From Patescibacteria group bacterium (lineage in GTDB: Bacteria; Patescibacteriota; Minisyncoccia; Phycocordibacterales; VMEP01): a stretch of 42,688 bases of DNA. Where the stretch lies: positions 1 to 42,688 of the forward strand of contig JBBTVL010000015.1 in the NCBI GenBank assembly GCA_038063255.1, written 5' to 3'. The translations under genes were made by a program, and so were the position numbers. Below, in pieces: positions 16,201-23,618 of this stretch; position 1 is the first letter of the stretch, and every line of letters begins with the position of its first letter. The notes beneath the pieces were generated by a model that worked only from the letters and a program-made list of their open reading frames with translations, was not told the DNA's origin and did not search any database.

Positions 16201-16808
16201 CCGCAATGCCGTTTGTTGCGGAAGATATTTATCAGAAAGTGAAAGGATTAAAAGATAAAGAAAGCGTGCATCTTGAAGCTTGGCCCGAAGCGGGGAAGAT
16301 TGATAAAAAAAATATCGCCAAAATGGAAACAACCAGGTGTCTTGTTGAGCTTGCCCTCGCCCTTCGCGCGGAGAAAGGAATAAAAGTGCGTCAGCCACTT
16401 GCCATTTTGGAAGTAAGCAAAGAGGAAGGTGAATTTTTTGAAGAACTAATTAGAGACGAGGTTAATGTTAAAAAAATCTTTGTGGGAGCATTTTCCAAGG
16501 GGGCGGTGACACTGGACACAAATATTACACCCGAACTCAAGGAAGAAGGACAGTTTCGCGACCTAACGCGAGCAATCCAAGAATTGCGTAAAAAAGAAAA
16601 ACTTACGCATCATGATGTCGTTTCATTTGTAATTGATACCGATACAAGGGGGCGGGAATTAATTTCAAAATTTGAAGTACAATTAAAAAAGGCGGTATCG
16701 GCGGACAAAATTGTGTTTGAAAAAAATAACGGCGAAGAAATATTGATTAACGATACTATTTTAAAAGTTTCGCTAAAAAATCCCATTAGAAGTTCAGAAA
16801 AATTATAG
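13287..16808 (+). CDS. ileS: Isoleucine--tRNA ligase with an internal histidine-phosphatase-like insertion
   Basis: 1173 aa with PHYGH (HIGH), an editing-domain region, WAISRTRFWGAPLPVW, CxxC pairs, FHRPYIDEV and KMAKKLKN (KMSKS-like). Confidence 0.9.
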   Translation: MKLEEEILKFWQEKGIFKKTLTERASGKKFVFYDGPPFATGLPHYGHILAGTIKDVIPRYQTMRGRFVRREWGWDCHGLPLENIIEEELGLKHKKDIEKFGIENFNDAASRAVLRYENDWKKIIPKTGRFVDMENPYKTMDATYTESVWWSFKTLYDKGLIYEGHKIMLVCPRCETTLAQSEVALGGYHDVTDISVIVKFELIDEPGTFLLAWTTTPWTLPGNTALAVNKNVEYVKVSIKNYQNVPDGIYIFSKKDYEDYKKEIDNEKNREIKTKVDILKTFKGSELVGKSYIPPFDYFYKDEKIKNHKNGWKVYHADFVTTETGTGIAHEAPAFGEDDMQLALKNNIPIVQHVGMDGKMKNEVKDFRGLYVKQKGDTQSTDIEIVKYLAQKELLFAKEKVVHPYPLCWRCDTPLLNYATNSWFVKVTDFKDKLIRENKKIVWVPAHMRDGRFGKWLEAAKDWAISRTRFWGAPLPVWRCEKCKKIEIIGSLGELQKSIPKSGNKYFVMRHGQAESNISGTNDSTGNPNNHLTENGRESIRRFAKEFSKKGITRIMTSPFARAKESAEVIAHELGLPEQNILSDQRLIEFNHGSDRQGKKISNNNPEPFNENDLYIRHDDGESHAEVRSRVVSVIFDMEKTYKNETILIVTHGSPMWMLITGALGMSDKETIKYQEERKKDNGDYFISNGQIEKIDFVPFPHNKEYELDFHRPYIDEVKLSCTCGGEMERIKDVFDCWFESGSMPYGQFHYPFENKKVFKENFPADFIAEGLDQTRGWFYSMMVLGVALFGETPFKNVIVNGLILGEDGQKMAKKLKNYPDVTELIEKYGADALRYYFLSLPVMRGEDIAFSEKGISDVYKKIILRLLNVYSFYKMYAHELRFEDSFKKSKNVLDQWILSRLSELSIEMTRGMDAYELDVAVRGIEKFVDDFSTWYLRRSRERVKGDDKEDKEMSLSTIRFVLFEFSKLIAPAMPFVAEDIYQKVKGLKDKESVHLEAWPEAGKIDKKNIAKMETTRCLVELALALRAEKGIKVRQPLAILEVSKEEGEFFEELIRDEVNVKKIFVGAFSKGAVTLDTNITPELKEEGQFRDLTRAIQELRKKEKLTHHDVVSFVIDTDTRGRELISKFEVQLKKAVSADKIVFEKNNGEEILINDTILKVSLKNPIRSSEKL
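14799..15390 (+). other. Histidine-phosphatase (PGAM-superfamily) domain inserted in frame in IleRS (about residues 505-700)
   Basis: YFVMRHGQAESN (RHG), TSPFARAKESAEVIA (SPxxRAxxTA-like) and LIVTHGSPM (second His). It lies between ...CEKCKKIEIIGSLGEL and DFHRPYIDEV. Confidence 0.7.
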
Positions 16809-16861
16809 AGTATAATGACTTTTGTGAGAGAATTCGCCCGTGGCTTAATAAGTTTTAAAAT

Positions 16862-17458
16862 ATGATTATGCAAAAAACTTCTAACAGGACAAGAAAACGA
16901 GTATTCATAATCCATGGGTGGGAAGCTAGTTCTAGTTCAGACTGGTTCCCTTGGCTCAAGAAGGAATTAGAAAACCGGGGATTCGAAGTTACCGTTCCCG
17001 ATATGCCAGATACCGAGCGTCCTAATAAAGAGGTATGGATAACATATCTAGCTTCTCTCATCGGAGCACCAGACGAGCAGACTTATTTGGTAGGACATAG
17101 TATCGGGGGGAATACGGTATTGAGATATCTGGAATCATTGGATAATAAAAAGATCGGTGGGGCAGTACTTGTCGCTCCTTATTTCGGGAAAGTGGTGCTC
17201 GAATCTGGAGAAGCAAAAAAGATTGCGGACCCATGGCTCAATACGCCGATTGATTTTTCAAGAATCAAAAATGTTTGTAGTAATCTCACTTTTATTTTCT
17301 CGGATAACGATGAGTGGGTACCGCTTGAAAATAAAGAATTTTTCAAGGAGAAACTTTCCCCAAAGATTATTATTGAGAGAGGCAAAGGACATTTTAACGA
17401 AGAGGATGATATTGCTGAACTCCCTTCTGCGCTTGAAGCGTTACTTTCTTTTTCATAA
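16862..17458 (+). CDS. Alpha/beta serine hydrolase (YdeN/RBBP9-like)
   Basis: 198 aa with VFIIHGW, nucleophile elbow GHSIGG and a C-terminal GHF. Confidence 0.65.
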   Translation: MIMQKTSNRTRKRVFIIHGWEASSSSDWFPWLKKELENRGFEVTVPDMPDTERPNKEVWITYLASLIGAPDEQTYLVGHSIGGNTVLRYLESLDNKKIGGAVLVAPYFGKVVLESGEAKKIADPWLNTPIDFSRIKNVCSNLTFIFSDNDEWVPLENKEFFKEKLSPKIIIERGKGHFNEEDDIAELPSALEALLSFS

Positions 17459-18045
17459 TGTCCTACCATCTCTATCAGACAGAAGGAATCGTGCTCGGTG
17501 GCGCTCCGATAGGTGATTCCAACCGCTACTACTATCTTTTTACTAAAGAATTAGGGCTTACTATTGCTTTCGCCCAGGGGGTGCGCGAAGTTAAATCAAA
17601 ATTGCGCGGGCATCTCCAAGATTTTTCCTATATCGCTGTAGACCTTATCAGGGGCAGGGATACTTGGCGTATTGTAAATGCGAGAGAGAAAGATAAATTT
17701 GGGAGTAGCTCTCTTTCCCCTGCCTCGCTTAAAATCGTCGCCAGAATTACTGACCTTCTTAAGAGATTTCTCCACGGCCAAGAGAAAAACGAAAAGCTTT
17801 TTAACTATCTGGTCGGAGGTTTTTCTTTTTTGGAAAAAGAGAAAATGGAACCAGAAACACTTAAAAATCTGGAAATTGTCTTATTGGCGAGGATTCTATA
17901 CGCCTTAGGATATTGGGACGGGGAAGGAAAGACAAAGACAATTCTTTCCTCGGAGCTCTCAACCGAACTTCTTAAAGAAGCGGGCAGTAGAAGCAAGGAA
18001 TTGCTTGACGAAATAAACCGTGCCCTTAAAGAAAGTCACCTATAG
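17458..18045 (+). CDS. recO: DNA repair protein RecO
   Basis: 195 aa with a TEGIVLG......DSNRYYYLFTKELG OB-fold start. TAATG overlap with the upstream gene. Confidence 0.7.
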   Translation: MSYHLYQTEGIVLGGAPIGDSNRYYYLFTKELGLTIAFAQGVREVKSKLRGHLQDFSYIAVDLIRGRDTWRIVNAREKDKFGSSSLSPASLKIVARITDLLKRFLHGQEKNEKLFNYLVGGFSFLEKEKMEPETLKNLEIVLLARILYALGYWDGEGKTKTILSSELSTELLKEAGSRSKELLDEINRALKESHL

Positions 18046-18088
18046 TATTTAGTTTTTTTGACCACCTTGTTTCTAATCGTTCTATCCC

Positions 18089-18118
18089 CATTTACCCATT
18101 CGCACGAATGGGTAAATG
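18089..18118. promoter_or_regulatory. 30-bp palindrome CATTTACCCATTCG-ca-CGAATGGGTAAATG upstream of the ArsR-type gene
   Basis: Perfect 14-bp arms, no following T-run, about 34 bp before ATG 18152. Confidence 0.5.
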
Positions 18119-18151
18119 TAGTAAAATGGTAGACACATAAAAATAAAAGAT

Positions 18152-18421
18152 ATGATGAAAGAAAAAGAAATGGAGCGTGTTCTTAAAGCCCTAGCCAACA
18201 GACGGCGGTTGGCTATAATTAAATTTATTAAAAAAGAAAAAGAGGCATCGGTGGGGGATGTGGCCGAAGAAATTAAATTATCTTTTAAATCAACCTCAAA
18301 ACATCTGGCCCTGCTTGCGGCGGCCGATATTTTAGAGAAAGAACAGAGAAGTTCCCAGATGTTTTACCGTTTAATGGGGAACTCTTCCGAAACCATCAGG
18401 AGTCTTTCCCAATTTTTTTAA
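18152..18421 (+). CDS. ArsR/SmtB-family winged-helix transcriptional regulator
   Basis: 89 aa with LKALANRRRLAIIKFI....ASVGDVAEEI.LS..STSKHL..L..A.IL. Confidence 0.75.
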   Translation: MMKEKEMERVLKALANRRRLAIIKFIKKEKEASVGDVAEEIKLSFKSTSKHLALLAAADILEKEQRSSQMFYRLMGNSSETIRSLSQFF

Positions 18422-18442
18422 TTATATAATCCTAATTCAAGT

Positions 18443-18478
18443 CCCCATTTACCAATTCGTGCGAATGGGTAAATGGGG
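18443..18478. promoter_or_regulatory. Second copy of the CATTTACC(C/A)ATTCG palindrome, downstream of the ArsR-type gene
   Basis: ccccatttaccaattcg-tg-cgaatgggtaaatgggg with one arm mismatch and no T-run. Confidence 0.5.
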
Positions 18479-18558
18479 GAATGTCAGTAGCGTGTAGCGA
18501 TTAGGGAAATTCTTTACGCGTCCCCTTAACTAACCGCTCAACGCTAAACATTTACCTC

Positions 18559-18820
18559 TGTTATAATTGGCAGCGAGAGAGAAATGTATAAGACTACTGC
18601 TTTATACATTTCAACCGAGCGAACCAATTTTATTGTACCCAGTTATATAATTGGCAGCGAGAGAGAAATGTATAAGACTACTGCTTTATACATTTCAACC
18701 GAGCGAACCAATTTTATTGTACCCAGTTATATAATTGGTAGTGAGTGAGAAATGGAAAGGGCTCCTGCCTTTTCTATTTCGAAAGAACGAACTAATTATA
18801 TTGTATTCCGTTATATAATA
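18559..18820 (+). repeat. Tandem 84-bp structured repeat: 3 units plus a partial 4th
   Basis: Units start at about 18559, 18643 and 18727. Units 1 and 2 are near identical. Unit 3 is diverged, but its inner hairpin is kept by compensatory changes. Confidence 0.85.
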
Positions 18821-18826
18821 AACCTC

Positions 18827-20737
18827 ATGGCTATAGAAGATAGGGAAAAAGATTCGATTGAAAAAATATCAGAACGCCTGTACCGCAACGACGGCGCGGT
18901 TACAAGGCATCGTCGCGGAGTGCTCCATAAGGGGCAGTACGATGTTTCGGATGATTGGCCCGAGGAAGAAAAGCTCCCTATGCGCCCTGTCGATCGGAAT
19001 TTGATGTTTAAAAAGATTTTTATAGGGTCGGCGATATTTTTCTTTCTCTCCATTATTTTTGCGCTTTATACTTTTTACGGCGGTTTCAATATAGTTTCCA
19101 ACGAAAATATCGGCTTGTCGGTGCTTGGTCCGGCCTTTACCGAAGGCGGCAGCGATCTTAACCTCCAATTTGAGATTAAGAACGGCAATCGACAGGCGCT
19201 AGAGTACGCTGACCTAATTATTGAGTATCCCAGAGGCGCCACTCTTTTTGGCGACAAGGACATAGTGCGCCTGACGAAGTCAATCGGCAATATCGGAGCG
19301 GGAAAATCGGCATCAGAAAGTATTAAAATTGTTGTCTTCGGCGATGAAGGCAGCGAACGTATTGTAAAAGCAACACTGGAATATCGGCTAGAGGGTTCAA
19401 ACGCTATTTTTCTGAAAGAAACGACTTTCCCCGTGCATGTCAAATCAAGCCCCATATCTATTTCAGTAAGCGATTTAAGAGAGGTAAACGCCAATCAAGA
19501 AATTTCGATTGATGTAGAAGTGCTGGCTAACTCCGACAAGATTTTGAGAAATATGTTGCTTCGCATCGAGTATCCCACCGGATTCACGCTTTCAGGCGTA
19601 ACTCCGGAGGCGACTTACAGCAACAATGTTTGGCGCTTGGGAGATCTTGATAAGTTGGCCAGGAAAAAAATAACTATTCGCGGCAAACTCGCCGGCGAGG
19701 ACGGAGAAGAGCGCTCCTTCCGAATATACTCGGGGCAGGAGGACGACAAAGACGGAGAAGTAATCGGCATAATTTACGGCTCGGTTTTAGAAACGCTTAC
19801 CATCAAGCGCCCTTTTATTGAGACAAAACTTTTGATAAACGGAGAGTCCGGCACGGAATTTGTAATTCCGGCTAGTGGGCGTATTAATGGAGAGCTTTCT
19901 TGGGTAAATAATTTACCCGACCGCGTGCTTGATGCTGAATTATTCGTCCACATTGAGGGCGATGCAATTGATAAGCAAACTGTTTCCGGCTTCCCCGGTT
20001 TTTTCAGTTCGCAGGACAACACCATTACATGGAATAAAGATACGGTGCCTAAGTTAGAGCAGATTCAGGGCGGAGACAGCGGCAATTTTAGTTTTTCATT
20101 CAATGTTTTGCCGGCATTTTCCGGTAATCGCCTTATTCTGAAAAACCCAAAGCTTACGCTTGAAGTCGGAGTGCGCGCCAGGCGGGTCAAAGAAGGGAAT
20201 GTGCCGGAAAGAATAACTTCTTCAGAAAAGAAGGTGATTAAAGTCAGCTCCAATGTGCAACTCTCGTCATTTGTCCGTTACTATGATGGTCCATTCAAAA
20301 ATAGCGGCGGAGTTCCCCCTAGGGCCGATAACGAAACTACTTATACTATCACTTGGACCGTATTGAACTCTTCCAACAATCTTTCTAATGCTTCGGTAAA
20401 AACCACCTTGCCAAACTATGTGCGCTTTCTGGGAAATGTTTTCCCAAACGGCGAAGAAGTTTCATTTGATGATAAATCTAGAGAAATAATTTGGAATATC
20501 GGATCCGTCGGAGAGGGGGTTGGTGTTGATAGCCCAATACGCCAATTATCGTTTCAAATAGGATTTACCGCTTCGCTTTCCCAAGTTGGTATCAGCGCCA
20601 CGGTTACAGGCGAATCTTCATTGACGGCCAAAGACACATTTACCAACGCCAATATCGCCGTTACAAAAAGTGCGCTTACCACAAGGATTTCAAGCGACAG
20701 CGGTATTAAAGCGGGGGATGATATAATCCAAAAATAG
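18827..20737 (+). CDS. Membrane-anchored beta-rich hypothetical protein (636 aa)
   Basis: I chose ATG 18827 because the ORF-track N-extension (18752-) lies inside repeat unit 3. One N-terminal TM (FIGSAIFFFLSIIFALYTFYGGF) is followed by repeated beta-sandwich-like segments. Confidence 0.65.
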   Translation: MAIEDREKDSIEKISERLYRNDGAVTRHRRGVLHKGQYDVSDDWPEEEKLPMRPVDRNLMFKKIFIGSAIFFFLSIIFALYTFYGGFNIVSNENIGLSVLGPAFTEGGSDLNLQFEIKNGNRQALEYADLIIEYPRGATLFGDKDIVRLTKSIGNIGAGKSASESIKIVVFGDEGSERIVKATLEYRLEGSNAIFLKETTFPVHVKSSPISISVSDLREVNANQEISIDVEVLANSDKILRNMLLRIEYPTGFTLSGVTPEATYSNNVWRLGDLDKLARKKITIRGKLAGEDGEERSFRIYSGQEDDKDGEVIGIIYGSVLETLTIKRPFIETKLLINGESGTEFVIPASGRINGELSWVNNLPDRVLDAELFVHIEGDAIDKQTVSGFPGFFSSQDNTITWNKDTVPKLEQIQGGDSGNFSFSFNVLPAFSGNRLILKNPKLTLEVGVRARRVKEGNVPERITSSEKKVIKVSSNVQLSSFVRYYDGPFKNSGGVPPRADNETTYTITWTVLNSSNNLSNASVKTTLPNYVRFLGNVFPNGEEVSFDDKSREIIWNIGSVGEGVGVDSPIRQLSFQIGFTASLSQVGISATVTGESSLTAKDTFTNANIAVTKSALTTRISSDSGIKAGDDIIQK

Positions 20738-20825
20738 TTGCTAGAAAATCAGGAGCTAGGAGTTAGGAAAATACGGATATTTAAATACCGAATACTACAT
20801 GAAAAAAAATAATGAAGAAACATTG

Positions 20826-20915
20826 ATGGATAAAATAGTGTCGCTTGCTAAACGGCGCGGGTTTTTGTATCAGAGTTCGGAAATTTACGGCGGGCTCGCC
20901 CTGCCAAATTTCTAG
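20826..20915 (+). pseudogene. Truncated remnant of a glycyl-tRNA synthetase 5' end
   Basis: It translates to MDKIVSLAKRRGFLYQSSEIYGGLALPNF*, against the GlyRS N-terminus MTDLEKIVSLCKRRGFIYSSSEIYGGLAGAWDY that starts 13 nt downstream. Confidence 0.7.
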
Positions 20916-20927
20916 TTCATCACTTAT

Positions 20928-22286
20928 ATGACCGATTTAGAAAAAATTGTAAGTTTATGTAAACGTCGAGGTTTTATATATTCCAGCTCTGAAATTTATG
21001 GAGGGCTCGCCGGCGCTTGGGATTACGGCCCGTACGGCCTGGCACTCAAGCAAAATATAAAAAATCTCTGGTGGAAGCGCTTTGTCGATAGCAAGGATGA
21101 AATGTACGGCATGGATGCTTCCATTTTAATGAACCCGCGAGTTTGGCAGGCCTCCGGGCATATTTCCGGGTTTTCAGACCCATTATCGGATTGTGAAGAC
21201 TGTAAAAAACGGTTTCGTACCGATGCTCTTGAAAAAAGAGTTTGCCCGGAATGCGGAGGCAAGTTGGGCGCCTCGCGCCAATTCAATATGATGTTTGAAA
21301 CGAAAATCGGGGCAATGGAAGATTCGTCGGCAACAGTTTATCTCCGTCCCGAGACAGCGCAGGGAATGTTCGTCAATTTCAAAAATATCGTCGATAGTTT
21401 TCATCCTAAAATTCCATTCGGCATAGCCCAGATAGGCAAGGCATTCCGCAACGAAATAACTCCGCGCGATTTTATTTTTCGTACGCGCGAGTTTGAGCAG
21501 ATGGAAATTGAATATTTTGTAAAAGAATCCGAATGGAAAGATTCATTTGAGTATTGGCGCAAAGAAATGCTTGGGTGGATGAGCGACATCGGCCTTTCTA
21601 AAAAAAGTATTCATGAACTTGAAGTTCCGGATGACGAACGCGCGCACTATTCAAAAAGAACTATTGATTTTGAATTCGATTATCCGTTCGGCAGAAAGGA
21701 GTTATATGGTTTGGCATACAGAACAGATTTTGATCTATCTGCGCACTCAAGCGAGAGTACTGTCGATTTATCCTACTATGACGAAGAAACAAAAGAGCGA
21801 TTTATCCCAAATGTAATTGAGCCGTCATTCGGCGTAGATCGCACTGTGCTCGCCGTACTACTTTCTGCTTATACCGAAGACGAACTTGGCGGGGCTAAAC
21901 CGGATCATGATAATCCGGTCGCCCGAACTGCCAAAGGCGGTTCTAGGGAGAAGCGAGTCTATTTGAAATTAAAGCCCTCGCTTGCGCCGGTGAAAGTTGC
22001 CGTGTTTCCGCTTCTTAAAAATAAGCCAGAACTTATGGAGAAAGCGCGTGAAGTTTATGCGATGCTTAAAAAAGAAATTCCGCAAATTGCATTTGATGAT
22101 AACGGCAATATCGGCAAGCGCTATCGGCGCCAAGACGAAATCGGCACGCCCTTTTGCGTTACTATTGATTTTGAAACACTGGATAATGACACGGTTACCA
22201 TCAGATATCGTGACGATGGACGACAAGAGCGATCTAAAATTTCTGAAATTTCTTCATTTATCACGGAGAAATTGAAGACAAACTAA
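20928..22286 (+). CDS. glyQS: Glycine--tRNA ligase (homodimeric class II)
   Basis: 452 aa with RRGFIYSSSEIYGGLAGAWDYGPYG, YLRPETAQG, FRNEITPR and an anticodon-binding C-terminus. Confidence 0.9.
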   Translation: MTDLEKIVSLCKRRGFIYSSSEIYGGLAGAWDYGPYGLALKQNIKNLWWKRFVDSKDEMYGMDASILMNPRVWQASGHISGFSDPLSDCEDCKKRFRTDALEKRVCPECGGKLGASRQFNMMFETKIGAMEDSSATVYLRPETAQGMFVNFKNIVDSFHPKIPFGIAQIGKAFRNEITPRDFIFRTREFEQMEIEYFVKESEWKDSFEYWRKEMLGWMSDIGLSKKSIHELEVPDDERAHYSKRTIDFEFDYPFGRKELYGLAYRTDFDLSAHSSESTVDLSYYDEETKERFIPNVIEPSFGVDRTVLAVLLSAYTEDELGGAKPDHDNPVARTAKGGSREKRVYLKLKPSLAPVKVAVFPLLKNKPELMEKAREVYAMLKKEIPQIAFDDNGNIGKRYRRQDEIGTPFCVTIDFETLDNDTVTIRYRDDGRQERSKISEISSFITEKLKTN

Positions 22287-22381
22287 TTAGTAGAGATTGG
22301 GTCACAAATTGCGCACCAGCTAAAACTGCGTTAGAATCCTTTTATAGATAAATAATAAGCGGTAAACGAAGGGCGGTGGCA

Positions 22382-22436
22382 ACTTACAAGGGCGACCTTT
22401 GTGAGCACGAGGGATACAAGGGTCGCCCTTGTAAGT
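22382..22436. repeat. 16-bp perfect inverted repeat with 23-nt spacer
   Basis: acttacaagggcgacc (22382-22397) pairs with ggtcgcccttgtaagt (22421-22436). Confidence 0.6.
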
Positions 22437-22530
22437 CTTGTCTTTGGTGTTAATTAAAATGTAATTCACTAAACATTTCAGCCAGAGGCTGATCCGCCTT
22501 TGGCGGAAATAGCTAAAACCTATTAAAATC

Positions 22531-23595
22531 ATGGAGAAATCTCAAGTAGAATTTTCAGTAACCGCGGGGAGTATTGTAAAAATACTTGCCGTACTTTTGG
22601 TGTTCGTGGCGCTGTATAAAATATGGGATTTAGTGCTGGTAATCCTTACCTCGGTGGTTATTGCCTCGTCGCTTGAACCGCTTACCAAGCACCTTATTAG
22701 ATTCAGAATCCCGCGCGTCATCGCCGTAATTTTTCTTTTTCTAGTATTCATAGTCCTTTTCTTGGCTCTTTTCTATTTTTTTATTCCTCCGCTCCTTACC
22801 GAACTTTCCAGCTTTATTGAATCAATTCCGCAATATATCGGTTTCATTGAAGGATTTGATTCAACGCTGGACAGCTTATTCGGCGCCCAAAATTTATTAA
22901 GCAACCTGGCGTCAAACTTATCCGTTAATGATTTGCTGACAAATGCCAAGACGACCGTTTTCGGCATTGGGGGCGGAGCGATCCAAGCGGTTAACTTTGT
23001 TTTCGGCGGTCTCACCGGTTTTGTTCTTATTCTTGTGATTTCTTTTTATCTTTCGGTGCAAGACCGAGGTATTGAGAATTTTTTGCGCATAGTGACGCCG
23101 GCGCGCCACGAAAAATACGCCATAGACCTATGGCAGCGCTCGCAAAATAAAATTGCCCTTTGGATGCAAGGTCAATTTCTACTCGCTCTCTTGATAGGCG
23201 TATTGGTTTATTTAGGCCTCACTATTTTGGGCGTAAAATACGCCTTTCTCCTTGCCATAATTGCCGCTATATTTGAACTTATTCCTGTTTTCGGTCCGAT
23301 TATGGGAGCCATACCGGCTGTGATTATGGCCTTTGTCGATGGCGGGGTAACCCTCGGGCTTATGGTTATCGGCTTTTACTTCATTATTCAGCAGTTTGAA
23401 AATCATTTGATTTATCCTCTAGTGGTGCGCAAGGTGACTGGCGTGCCGCCGCTTTTAGTTATTCTATCCCTTCTTATCGGCTTCAAGCTGGCCGGTTTTC
23501 TGGGAGTGGTTCTTGCCATACCGATAGCAACCGCGCTTCTTGAGTTCACCAGCGATATAGAAAAAAGGAAAATGGTCGCCGCAGAGGCGAAGTAG
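22531..23595 (+). CDS. AI-2E family (PerM/UPF0118) transporter
   Basis: 354 aa with about 8 TM segments. The C-terminal region ELIPVFGPIMGAIPAVI...NHLIYPLVV is typical of the family. Confidence 0.8.
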   Translation: MEKSQVEFSVTAGSIVKILAVLLVFVALYKIWDLVLVILTSVVIASSLEPLTKHLIRFRIPRVIAVIFLFLVFIVLFLALFYFFIPPLLTELSSFIESIPQYIGFIEGFDSTLDSLFGAQNLLSNLASNLSVNDLLTNAKTTVFGIGGGAIQAVNFVFGGLTGFVLILVISFYLSVQDRGIENFLRIVTPARHEKYAIDLWQRSQNKIALWMQGQFLLALLIGVLVYLGLTILGVKYAFLLAIIAAIFELIPVFGPIMGAIPAVIMAFVDGGVTLGLMVIGFYFIIQQFENHLIYPLVVRKVTGVPPLLVILSLLIGFKLAGFLGVVLAIPIATALLEFTSDIEKRKMVAAEAK

Positions 23596-23618
23596 CTCCA
23601 TTCGCGATTTCTGATTTT

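Noticed and set aside
18559-18820. Tandem repeats as a CRISPR array
   Set aside because: The units abut directly (84-bp period) with no unique spacers, and there are no cas genes in the window.
18752-18826. N-terminal 25-aa extension of the 661-aa ORF-track ORF
   Set aside because: The extension lies inside repeat unit 3, so the downstream ATG at 18827 is more plausible. This is not certain.
20798-20830. ATG at 20798 as the start of the glyQS remnant
   Set aside because: That frame reads MKKNNEETIDG and then stops. The GlyRS-like peptide is in the frame starting at ATG 20826.
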